A DNA stretch of 64,000 nucleotides. Origin: Patescibacteria group bacterium. GTDB lineage: Bacteria > Patescibacteriota > Patescibacteriia > WFTA01 > S139-112. A program made the position numbers and the translations under genes. Below, piece after piece: positions 9,792 to 17,903 of the stretch. The notes beneath the pieces are model-generated. The model made no database searches. It saw only the letters and a program-made list of their open reading frames with translations, and was not told the DNA's origin. Location of the stretch: the NCBI GenBank assembly GCA_015485695.1, contig WFTB01000027.1:20183-84182 (forward strand). Reading direction: 5' to 3'. Positions within the stretch are counted from its first letter, which is position 1; every line of letters starts with the position of its first letter.

Positions 9792-10325
9792 ATGAGTATA
9801 TATCCCAATAAAAACGGCTTTACTTTGATGGAGCTTATTGTTGTGATGGCGATAATAGCTTTAATATCAACGTTTGCGATGGTCGCAATCAGCAACGCCA
9901 GAAAAGCGTCGAGAGACGCGGTCAGAAGAGCGGATCTTCGTCAGATTAGAAATGCGATAGAATTTTATTATGACGACAATAATTCGTATCCAACGGTTTC
10001 AAGTTATGGGGAGTCCGGAACGGGAGGGTGGGACAACTCATATCAAGATAGCGATTCTGATGGTAATTATTTTTTGGATTTTTTGGTAGATGGGGGATAT
10101 ATGGCGTCCGTTCCGGTTGACCCCACGAATGACAGCGCGCACACGTACCAGTATTTCGCTTACAATGGAACAGGAGAGGTTAACGGTTGTCTGCAACCGT
10201 ATTATGTGCTCATAGGATACGGATTTGAATCTCCAACGGCGACGGAGGACAGCGGTTGCTATGATCCGGGTGGCGGATATAAAGATAATGACAACATACT
10301 TATATTTGTCGGGCAAGCAAAGTGA
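9792..10325 (+). CDS. Type IV pilin / T2SS protein G-like prepilin
   Basis: KNGFTLMELIVVMAII class III signal; RDAVRRADL..I..AIE.YY, VPVDP. Confidence 0.9.
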   Translation: MSIYPNKNGFTLMELIVVMAIIALISTFAMVAISNARKASRDAVRRADLRQIRNAIEFYYDDNNSYPTVSSYGESGTGGWDNSYQDSDSDGNYFLDFLVDGGYMASVPVDPTNDSAHTYQYFAYNGTGEVNGCLQPYYVLIGYGFESPTATEDSGCYDPGGGYKDNDNILIFVGQAK

Positions 10326-10369
10326 TATCCGCAAAATCGTTATTTGATTCGCTATTTTAAGAATATTTT

Positions 10370-11134
10370 ATGAAACAGAAACATTACGTAATTGGAAACT
10401 GGAAGCTTTATCTTGACAGAGAAAAATCCATTGAACACGCCATCGCCATCGAGAAAAACAAATCAATCGTTTCTTCCGACGCGCTGGAGATCGTCGTATG
10501 TCCGTCTCATGTCAATCTGGACAAAATATCCGGAATTAACAAATCCGTATCACTGGGAGCCCAGGACTGCGGGTTCGAAAACTCAGGAGCGCATACCGGA
10601 CAAGTCTCGCCGGACGATTTGGTGTCCATCGGATGCGAATACGTTATAATAGGGCATTCCGAACGTCGTTATCAGCTAGGTGAAACCGATGACGTCATAA
10701 ACCGTAAGATTATCGCTGCGCTAAAATCCGGGCTTGTTCCGATAGTGTGCTTTGGAGAAACATTTGAAGCTAACGAAAAAGGAATAAGCGGGGAATTCGT
10801 CAAGAATCAAATAAAATCGGCTTTTGAAGGCGTCTCTCTCGAGGATAATCAGAGGGTCATAGTCGCGTATGAGCCGGTTTGGGCGATTTATCCGTCAAAA
10901 CATGTTGTTACAACTCAACATGTGCATGAAATGGTCGAAATAATACACAAAACATGTAGCCCGGTTTTGGGCGGAGCTTATTCGTACTGTGTGGTTTACG
11001 GTGGTTCCGTGACCGGAGAAAACGTGGCGAATTTTATCGATTTGCCCGGCATAAACGGTGTTCTTCCCGGGCATGCCTCGACAGACTCTTCGGAGTTTGC
11101 TAAAATCATCGCGATTGTAAATGATATGTTATAA
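10370..11134 (+). CDS. tpiA: Triosephosphate isomerase (divergent loops)
   Basis: GNWK, GAHTG, GHSERR, AYEPVWAI, YGGSV. Confidence 0.9.
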   Translation: MKQKHYVIGNWKLYLDREKSIEHAIAIEKNKSIVSSDALEIVVCPSHVNLDKISGINKSVSLGAQDCGFENSGAHTGQVSPDDLVSIGCEYVIIGHSERRYQLGETDDVINRKIIAALKSGLVPIVCFGETFEANEKGISGEFVKNQIKSAFEGVSLEDNQRVIVAYEPVWAIYPSKHVVTTQHVHEMVEIIHKTCSPVLGGAYSYCVVYGGSVTGENVANFIDLPGINGVLPGHASTDSSEFAKIIAIVNDML

Positions 11135-11168
11135 GGTTTTTGGTTCTGTGGCAGTCTAATTTTTGAAT

Positions 11169-11960
11169 ATGTTGCTTGTTATTTCCTTGGTGCTTTTCCT
11201 TGCCAGCCTTTCCGGTATTTTGTATTTTTGGTTTCGTTATCGGGATTCCATAACGGAGCATATTCAGAGCAATGAAACCGATTATTTCGCAAACAAGGAA
11301 ACGAAAGAGGTCATTTTAAAAAATCGTCTAAAACGAAAGTTGGTTGATAGGTTCGCCTTTATCGTTGATTATGCCAAACCGATTTTTGGCGCCGTTTCGT
11401 CGTTTTCAAAATCCGTATATGATAAATTGAGAGAAAAAGAAAGAGAATACAGAGTTTCCGCTGAAAAATTGATTCACGAAAGAAAGAAAAACAAAGAAAA
11501 AAACGAAGTTATCAACGAGAAATTGGAAGAGGTGGGAGAAATTCCGAAAGACGATGACGAAACCAAGGAGCAAACTTATCTGGACATTATTTCACTGGAT
11601 CCAGGAAACATAGACGCGTATAAAGGCCTAGCTTCTTTGTACATGTCTCGTAGACAGTTCGAAGAAGCGGTTGAATTGTACAGACATATAGTATATCTTG
11701 GAGACAAGGGTGTTGAATGTTTCCTCGAAGAGGCAAAGGGGTTGTCCGCTCTCGGAAGGTATGACGAAGTTGTTACGGCGCTCGAGAACGCTCTTGATTT
11801 GGAGCCGAAAAATCCGAAGATTATTGACAGGATTATAGAAGTAGCTATACTTCTTGAAGACAAGTCGTACGCTCGGAAATTCTTAAAGCGTCTTATGGAC
11901 GTTAATCCCGAAAACAAAAAAATAGAAGATTATAAAATGCGCATAGACGAAATAAAATAG
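11169..11960 (+). CDS. Membrane-anchored TPR protein
   Basis: N-terminal TM helix; TPR-like units (LDPGNIDAYKGLA, ALDLEPKNPK). Confidence 0.8.
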   Translation: MLLVISLVLFLASLSGILYFWFRYRDSITEHIQSNETDYFANKETKEVILKNRLKRKLVDRFAFIVDYAKPIFGAVSSFSKSVYDKLREKEREYRVSAEKLIHERKKNKEKNEVINEKLEEVGEIPKDDDETKEQTYLDIISLDPGNIDAYKGLASLYMSRRQFEEAVELYRHIVYLGDKGVECFLEEAKGLSALGRYDEVVTALENALDLEPKNPKIIDRIIEVAILLEDKSYARKFLKRLMDVNPENKKIEDYKMRIDEIK

Positions 11961-12001
11961 CGCCAATAATACGGCTTTGATCAGGTTTTGGCACTGCGAG
12001 C

Positions 12002-12074
12002 GCCATCTTAGCTCAGTTGGTAGAGCAACGGTTTTGTAAACCGTCGGTCGTCGGTTCGAGTCCGACAGATGGCT
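12002..12074 (+). tRNA. tRNA-Thr(TGT)
   Basis: Cloverleaf GCCATCT/AGATGGC, anticodon arm ACGGT-TTTGTAA-ACCGT, GTTCGAG. Confidence 0.97.
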
Positions 12075-12245
12075 CATTAAGCTACAAGAGCCTCTGCTAG
12101 CGGGCTCTTGCCTTGCTATTTGCGGGTATTTGTGTTACAGTTTCACGCGTGGTTCTTGGGCATTCTCGCGAATTTTGTTTTGGCTGTCATGGTTTATTCC
12201 GGTGTTGAGGTTTGATACAGAACCGGTACGCGCAATTTGCAATCG

Positions 12246-12318
12246 GCCGTTGTAGCTCAGCTGGTAGAGCAACTCCATGGTAAGGAGTAGGTCCGCGGTT
12301 CAAGTCCGCGCAACGGCT
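12246..12318 (+). tRNA. tRNA-Thr(GGT)
   Basis: GCCGTTG/CAACGGC, anticodon arm ACTCC-ATGGTAA-GGAGT, GTTCAAG. Confidence 0.97.
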
Positions 12319-12460
12319 CATGGTTTGTTTGCATACATTGTGATACGCTTTGCGGCTTGCGAAGAACATTATATACTCGCATGTCGCTTGTCTAAAGCGC
12401 TATTGGGGTTTGTGCGAAAAATCTTTGTTTTTAGATTAGTTAAGTTTATAATTATCAAAT

Positions 12461-12616
12461 ATGTCACAGGATAACATGATAAAGTTCGAGTGTACCGAGT
12501 GTCATGCGATTAACTATCATTCTCGCAAAAACAAGAAGTTAATTAAAGACCGCCTCGAGCTTAAAAAACATTGCAACAAGTGCGCAAAGCACACTCTCCA
12601 CAAAGAAACAAAGTAA
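12461..12616 (+). CDS. rpmG: 50S ribosomal protein L33, Zn-binding type (not in ORF track)
   Basis: 51 aa [14 protein letters not shown]...[21 protein letters not shown]. Confidence 0.97.
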   Translation: MSQDNMIKFECTECHAINYHSRKNKKLIKDRLELKKHCNKCAKHTLHKETK

Positions 12617-12621
12617 GATTT

Positions 12622-13002
12622 ATGAAGTCTAATCGTGGCGCGACATCAGCATGGTCAATATTGTTGGTAATAATAATTATCGCCGGAGCTCTTCTATGGG
12701 GGCTTTGGCCGGAGGGTAAGAATTTCGAACAAGCGACCGGGTTGGATGGTATAGATGAGTGGAATCGCGCCAAGGATAAAATATACGGAATAAAAAATAG
12801 TGTTGATGAAAAATTGTCTTTAAAAGACGAAAAAGCCAGGATAGATCAATGGATAATAGACAAAGGTTTGAATCGATATGGAGACCCGATTGGCACTATG
12901 TACGCGGGAGGAACACCGTTATTTGATGAAAAAACGGGAGCAATGACAGATCGGTACGAATATATAATAAAGCGTTATCCGGATAAGCCATGGCTTGAAT
13001 AG
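12622..13002 (+). CDS. Hypothetical membrane-anchored protein
   Basis: MKSNRGA+hydrophobic helix; C-terminal LNRYGDP.GTMYAGGTPLFDEKTG..DRYEYI. Confidence 0.7.
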   Translation: MKSNRGATSAWSILLVIIIIAGALLWGLWPEGKNFEQATGLDGIDEWNRAKDKIYGIKNSVDEKLSLKDEKARIDQWIIDKGLNRYGDPIGTMYAGGTPLFDEKTGAMTDRYEYIIKRYPDKPWLE

Positions 13003-13034
13003 ATTGGGCTAAAGCGATTTCGTATTTTTCATAA

Positions 13035-13109
13035 GGGGGTGTCGGTTAATGGCTAAACCACTGGCCTCCAAAGCCAGGACTGGGGGTTCGAATCCCTCCG
13101 CCCCTGCCA
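13035..13109 (+). tRNA. tRNA-Trp(CCA)
   Basis: Anticodon arm CTGGC-CTCCAAA-GCCAG, GTTCGAAT, encoded CCA end. Confidence 0.95.
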
Positions 13110-13356
13110 CTAAGGATTTTACCTTGTTGGGATTACGAGAAAGTTCGAACGCTGGCTAATTTCGGTGTTCGATTAAGTATATCTTGGTAAGTTGGAAAAT
13201 CTTCAAAGACAAGTCCGAATAGGGCTTGTTTTTGGTTGATATTTTCAGTATCTTCAATGATTTTAGCGGATGTGTTTTCTTTGCAAGATGTTTTTAGACG
13301 TTAAATTTAAAGCTCAACGCCAATCCATGCTCGCATTATGAGCAGTTAAAAATTTA

Positions 13357-13365
13357 TGGTATAAT
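13357..13365 (+). promoter_or_regulatory. Extended -10 promoter element immediately upstream of motif-1 copy 3
   Basis: TGGTATAAT. Confidence 0.5.
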
Positions 13366-13369
13366 TAGA

Positions 13370-13397
13370 AATCTCCAATTCGCGCGAATAGGCGAAT
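13370..13397 (+). repeat. Motif-1 copy 3
   Basis: AATCTCCAATTCGCGCGAATAGGCGAAT, one mismatch to copies 1/2. Confidence 0.92.
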
Positions 13398-13413
13398 TAT
13401 ACATCCATAACAT

Positions 13414-13983
13414 ATGGACGACGGTTATAAAGAAATTGAAACTCGGTTTTTAGATATTGACGTTGAAGACCTAGAAAGACGATTAGGTAAACTCGGTGCA
13501 ACTAACAAGGGTGAAGCTTTTTTGAAAGAGACGATATTTTTAGATCGTAATGGAAACTGGGAGAATGACTTTAAAGTAGTTAGGCTTCGTGTGTTTTCAG
13601 GTGGAAAAGTAAAACTTTCGTATAAACGTTTTGTGTCGCATGATATTGACGGTACTCGAGAGATAGAATTGAGTCTTGATGAGAATCCGAAAAAAATAAG
13701 CCAGTTTTTAGAAGCTATTGACTTAGTGGTCTATCGCTACCAAGAAAAGAAACGGCATACATATGAACTTGAAGGAGTCACTGTTGATATTGACACGTGG
13801 CCTTCCATCCCCACATACGTAGAACTGGAAGGCGAATCAGAAGAAGCTCTTAAGGGAGTTGCAGAAAAGCTTGGGCTTGATTGGTCAGAAGCAGTGTTCA
13901 AGGATGCGCAAGCAATCATTGAGATGTATATAAAAAAGTCTTTTAACGATATAAAATATTTCACATTTGACAGGATTGAATAG
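13414..13983 (+). CDS. CYTH domain protein (class IV adenylate cyclase/triphosphate tunnel family)
   Basis: KEIETRF, VRLR, LSYK, EKKR, YVELEG. Confidence 0.88.
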   Translation: MDDGYKEIETRFLDIDVEDLERRLGKLGATNKGEAFLKETIFLDRNGNWENDFKVVRLRVFSGGKVKLSYKRFVSHDIDGTREIELSLDENPKKISQFLEAIDLVVYRYQEKKRHTYELEGVTVDIDTWPSIPTYVELEGESEEALKGVAEKLGLDWSEAVFKDAQAIIEMYIKKSFNDIKYFTFDRIE

Positions 13984-13988
13984 TAACA

Positions 13989-14017
13989 AATCTATAATTC
14001 GCGCGAATAGGCGAATA
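13989..14017 (+). repeat. Motif-1 copy 4
   Basis: AATCTATAATTCGCGCGAATAGGCGAATA, 5 nt after the CYTH stop. Confidence 0.92.
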
Positions 14018-14027
14018 CTAGAATCGT

Positions 14028-14570
14028 ATGAGAGAAATTGAAGTAAAGGCTAAGATATCTAATAAGGAGAAGGTTTATCAAAGTCTTCTTGCGCGTGGGT
14101 GAGAATTTGCTGATCCTGTTGAATAGAATGATATTATTTTCCTTCGAAAAGGTAAGAAACTTCTTGAAGTAGAGTCGGGTGATTCTGTGCTTCGTGTTCG
14201 CAAGGTGGGAGATACGGCTAAACTGACGTATAAAGAGTATGTTTCAAACCAACTTGACTGTATCGAAGAGGGGCTTGCCATCGCTGATGCGGACACTATG
14301 CGACGTATCATCGAGCGTCTTGGATTTATCGAAGTAATCCAGGTGCACAAGAAACGTATTACCATCAAATACAAGGATTATGAGATTTGCTTCGATATTG
14401 TCGATGACCTTGGTGCTTTTATAGAGGTGGAGAAAATAGTACCAGATGATGAGGGTGATGGGGTGCAAGACGAGCTGTACGAATTTCTTTCCGAACTTGG
14501 GTTTACCAAGGAAGATAGGGTGACAATCGGGTATGACGTGCTCATGTTTATATTGAAACATCAAAGTTAA
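14028..14570 (+). pseudogene. Second CYTH/CyaB-family gene with two in-frame stops
   Basis: MREIEVKAK start; TGA 14100-14102 and TAG 14124-14126; same frame continues LRVRK..LTYK..KKR..LGAFIEVEK..GYD. Confidence 0.85.
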
Positions 14571-14580
14571 TAAAAGCGAT

Positions 14581-15228
14581 ATGCAAGATACAAAATATTT
14601 TTTACACGGAGGGGATATCGGCAATTTCCTTGAGCGTGGAATGGTGGCAGATTTTTTTCAAGAACCAGGGTGTCGGCATATACTATATATCGGATTCCAT
14701 CACCAAAGATATGACCTAGGGTTTATCAAAAACATCAGAAACAGTATTGCTCAAGGTGTCAAATTCACCGTATATGAAAAGGGAAGCGCAAAGAATAGCA
14801 TCAATCAATTAAGCACGATTGATGGCGTATATATAGGTGGCGGAAACGAACAAGAGCTGTTAACTGCCTTTGATGAGGACAATTTTCGAGAGCCGTTTGT
14901 TAAATGGCTAAAATCGGGCAACGCAAAGGCGTATGTGGGTTCAAGCGCGGGTGTGCAGGTCTTGGGCAAGAAATACTATAGTTGGGAAGAAGAAGTGAAA
15001 GATTGGGATACTGCCCAAGATAATGGGTTCGGTATTTTTGAAAACTCTTTATTTGAGGTTCATGTTACGCAAAGAAACAGAAGATTTTTGATTGACAAAG
15101 CAATCCGGGAAGAAAGTGACATAAAACATATTTACGGAATCGACGAGGGCTCGGCAATTGTGTTGCAAGTTGGAAAGGAAGATTGTCCCGAAATAATCGA
15201 AGGTGGTGCATATGTATATAAGAAATAA
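14581..15228 (+). CDS. Peptidase S51 family (dipeptidase E/cyanophycinase-like)
   Basis: YIGGGN, GSSAG, HVTQRNR, GIDEGSA. Confidence 0.8.
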   Translation: MQDTKYFLHGGDIGNFLERGMVADFFQEPGCRHILYIGFHHQRYDLGFIKNIRNSIAQGVKFTVYEKGSAKNSINQLSTIDGVYIGGGNEQELLTAFDEDNFREPFVKWLKSGNAKAYVGSSAGVQVLGKKYYSWEEEVKDWDTAQDNGFGIFENSLFEVHVTQRNRRFLIDKAIREESDIKHIYGIDEGSAIVLQVGKEDCPEIIEGGAYVYKK

Positions 15229-15229
15229 C

Positions 15230-16126
15230 ATGAAAATATCCATCATTGACATTGGAACGAACAGTATTAAGCATTCTGTTTTTTGTATACGGAACAAAAA
15301 GAAAACACTCATTTCGTATGAGCGGTTTTCCGAGGTGAATCTCGGATCAAACAGAGACCATATCGAGCCTGACACGGCAGATAAAATTTTTGCCACGTTG
15401 CGGGCGTACAAGGAGAGAAACGATGAGGTAGGTGTGGAGAAAACACGACTTGTCGGAACCGACATCCTTCGCACCGCGGATAACGCATTGAAGTTTACTG
15501 AACGCGTAGAGAAATTATTCGGTGTTCCGGTTGAGGTTATCTCTCATGAGCGTGAGGGGTATTATCTTTATCGGGGTTTACGTGATGTAGTGCCCGAAGG
15601 GACAATATTTGGCGCGATTAATTGTGGTGGAGGGAGTATTGAGATTGTAATCGGTGATACGAGTGAACTTATTGATAATATCCTAATCCCGTTTGGGGTG
15701 AACGCTCTGCGCAAACAGTTTGGAAGTAAAGATGACCCAAACACAGTCGACTGGAATGGTCTTGAAACATATCTTGAACAAGAAATGAACGTGGGGCGAA
15801 CGACACTTGATTATTTTTTCTTGAGCGGAGTGTATGATTTTCTCAATATCGCCGGCAGAGCCATAGGGTTTGAGTATGACTCTTGCGATATACGGGACCA
15901 TCCTATTAAGACAGATACGCCAACGTATAGCCAACATGCTGATGTGATCAAACGAACCGCCATCGAAACGCTCAGAGACGCCTATCCGAAAAATCCAAAA
16001 TACGCGGATAATTTTGCCATAGGTGAAATGGTATACTATACAGCAGTGAAAAAACTCGGCGTGGAAGAAGTGATTCCCAGTCCGTATGAGTATACCGACG
16101 GTCTCATCGCGGAGATGATTGAGTGA
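15230..16126 (+). CDS. Ppx/GppA phosphatase family protein
   Basis: IIDIGTNSIK, GTDILRTADN, VISHEREG, GGGSIE. Confidence 0.82.
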   Translation: MKISIIDIGTNSIKHSVFCIRNKKKTLISYERFSEVNLGSNRDHIEPDTADKIFATLRAYKERNDEVGVEKTRLVGTDILRTADNALKFTERVEKLFGVPVEVISHEREGYYLYRGLRDVVPEGTIFGAINCGGGSIEIVIGDTSELIDNILIPFGVNALRKQFGSKDDPNTVDWNGLETYLEQEMNVGRTTLDYFFLSGVYDFLNIAGRAIGFEYDSCDIRDHPIKTDTPTYSQHADVIKRTAIETLRDAYPKNPKYADNFAIGEMVYYTAVKKLGVEEVIPSPYEYTDGLIAEMIE

Positions 16127-16152
16127 TAATAGGTGATTGAACACGTTAATGT

Positions 16153-16755
16153 ATGCGAAAAATAATTCTTTTTGATGCTGACGGAGTCATCATTGATAAA
16201 CCCAAACTGTTCAGTGAAGTTTTCTCCAAAGAGCATAATGTTTCTCTGGATAAGATACTGCCGTTTTTTGAATGTGAAATGGAGCGATGTTTGGTCGGTG
16301 ACATGGACGTAAAAGACGCTCTCGCGCGTTATGTTGACGCGTGGGGTTGGAGTGGAACAATAGATGAATTGCTTGAGTATTGGTTTGACAAAGAACATCA
16401 TGTAAATGAACAAGTGCGTGATTATATCTTAACACTTCGTGACAGGGGAGTGTTTTGTTGTCTTGCGACGAACAATGAAATGCGAAGGGTGCGGTACATG
16501 GCTGAAAACATGGGATTTGGAAAACTGTTTGACCAAGTGCTCTCTTCCGCTCATGTAAAAGCGAGAAAACCGGAACGCGCGTTTTGGGAGAATATTCATG
16601 TTGCAATTGGCGAACCGGATTATGACAATGTGTTGTTCTGGGATGATAAGCAAGAAAACGTAAATTCCGCGCGTGATTTTGGGTATCACGCCGAACGGTA
16701 TGAACAATTCGATGCTTTCAAACAAAAGACAGGGATGTGGCTAGAGCATGGATAG
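16153..16755 (+). CDS. HAD-superfamily hydrolase
   Basis: LFDADGV, LATNN, RKP, FWDD..ENV. Confidence 0.9.
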   Translation: MRKIILFDADGVIIDKPKLFSEVFSKEHNVSLDKILPFFECEMERCLVGDMDVKDALARYVDAWGWSGTIDELLEYWFDKEHHVNEQVRDYILTLRDRGVFCCLATNNEMRRVRYMAENMGFGKLFDQVLSSAHVKARKPERAFWENIHVAIGEPDYDNVLFWDDKQENVNSARDFGYHAERYEQFDAFKQKTGMWLEHG

Positions 16756-16782
16756 AATAAGTGTTCTTATTAGAATCACTTG

Positions 16783-16821
16783 CCGTGAGCAGTACAACTA
16801 CCGTGAGCAGTACAACTACCG
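16783..16821 (+). repeat. Perfect 18-bp tandem duplication
   Basis: CCGTGAGCAGTACAACTA x2 + CCG. Confidence 0.9.
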
Positions 16822-16899
16822 CGTAATTATGAATGTACCAATACATGTGTCGGTGATAAATAACCCAATCAAAATGTATTGTGCAAATCTTAAAATTTT

Positions 16900-17029
16900 A
16901 TGCCTCAAAATAACACGATCGACGTCAGATGAGGCACGGGAAAATTCATGATTGTTGTATTTTTTGCGAATCTTTAAATCCCATGCCTCATATATACACG
17001 ATCGACGATATTTGAAGCACGGGAAACGC
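16900..17029 (+). repeat. Motif-2 hairpin element pair 1 (16900-16943, 16980-17029)
   Basis: ATGCCTCA..ACACGATCGACG..TGA(G/A)GCACGGGAAA twice, 83 bp period. Confidence 0.9.
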
Positions 17030-17122
17030 TAAAAATCGATAACGAATTTGTCTAATACATGCATTTGATTTTCAGGCGTGGAAGTGATACTGTGTAAGCG
17101 GTAGGGTGTATCGCTTTTTGAT

Positions 17123-17752
17123 ATGGACAAGCCCGTTGTCAAAAATAAATATTATGCTTTGCGACACGGGTTCTCGGAGAAGAACGAGCTTGGGTTGGTT
17201 GTAAGTTATCCGGAAAAGAGGCCTTATCACTTGACACAAAAGGGCATAGAACAAGTAAAAGAAGGTTCATTGTGGCTCAGATCCGAGCATATTGATTGCA
17301 TATATGCCTCAGACCTTACTCGTACTCGCGAGTCCGCGAAAATAGCGTCTGAAATCATCGACAACGGTGTGAGCGTGGTTTTCGATGAACGACTTCGCGA
17401 AATCGATTTTGGCGTGTTCAATGGCAAAACGCAAGATGAGTGGCGCGCGTTTTTTGATGATTATCAAAATGTGTCTGAACGATTCGTGAAACGTCCGGAT
17501 GGCGGAGAGAACTATGCTGATGTAGCGAAGCGTATGTCAGATTTTCTGTACGATGTGGAACAAAATAACGATAATCGGCATATTCTGCTAGTGTCTCACG
17601 GAATTCCGCTCTGGTTGTTGCAATGGGTGTCGTGGTGCGTGACGGGTGACGAGCTTAATAATGTGCCATATCCGGAAACCGGAAAAGCCGTAAAACTTGA
17701 TGTGCGATGTCCTCCTTATAAACAGAATAACATGATAACACGGGAGCATTAA
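17123..17752 (+). CDS. Histidine phosphatase family protein
   Basis: LRHG, SDLTRTRES, LREIDFG, GGE, VSHG. Confidence 0.9.
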   Translation: MDKPVVKNKYYALRHGFSEKNELGLVVSYPEKRPYHLTQKGIEQVKEGSLWLRSEHIDCIYASDLTRTRESAKIASEIIDNGVSVVFDERLREIDFGVFNGKTQDEWRAFFDDYQNVSERFVKRPDGGENYADVAKRMSDFLYDVEQNNDNRHILLVSHGIPLWLLQWVSWCVTGDELNNVPYPETGKAVKLDVRCPPYKQNNMITREH

Positions 17753-17903
17753 AACAATCGGTGTGAGGATATCTGGTTTTACTTCTACTTCACTTACCGA
17801 GGGTAATCATGCCCGTGTGTCATCCCGGAATTTTGTAATCAACATGCTTGTGTGCGGAGTGCCTTGGTTTTTTGTTTTCATGCTTTAATGTTTTAATATT
17901 GTT

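Noticed and set aside
12162-12173. ATTCTCGCGAAT as a fifth motif-1 copy
   Set aside because: Only the 12-bp core with a mismatch; it lacks the AATCT prefix and AGGCGAAT suffix.
3417-14570. Stop-codon reassignment (TGA=Gly or Trp) explaining the interrupted genes
   Set aside because: Each pseudogene also has a TAA or TAG, and intact genes such as recO and pilM end in TGA.
16748-16951. 67-aa ORF sharing CLKITRSTS with ORF 26560-26790
   Set aside because: The similarity is just translation of the motif-2 DNA repeat.
13035-17100. Integrative element or prophage at tRNA-Trp
   Set aside because: No integrase or phage gene, and no duplicated tRNA 3' end was seen.
17753-17903. Canonical T-box riboswitch upstream of ileS
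   Set aside because: The T-box consensus TGGNACC is absent; retained only as a low-interest structured leader.
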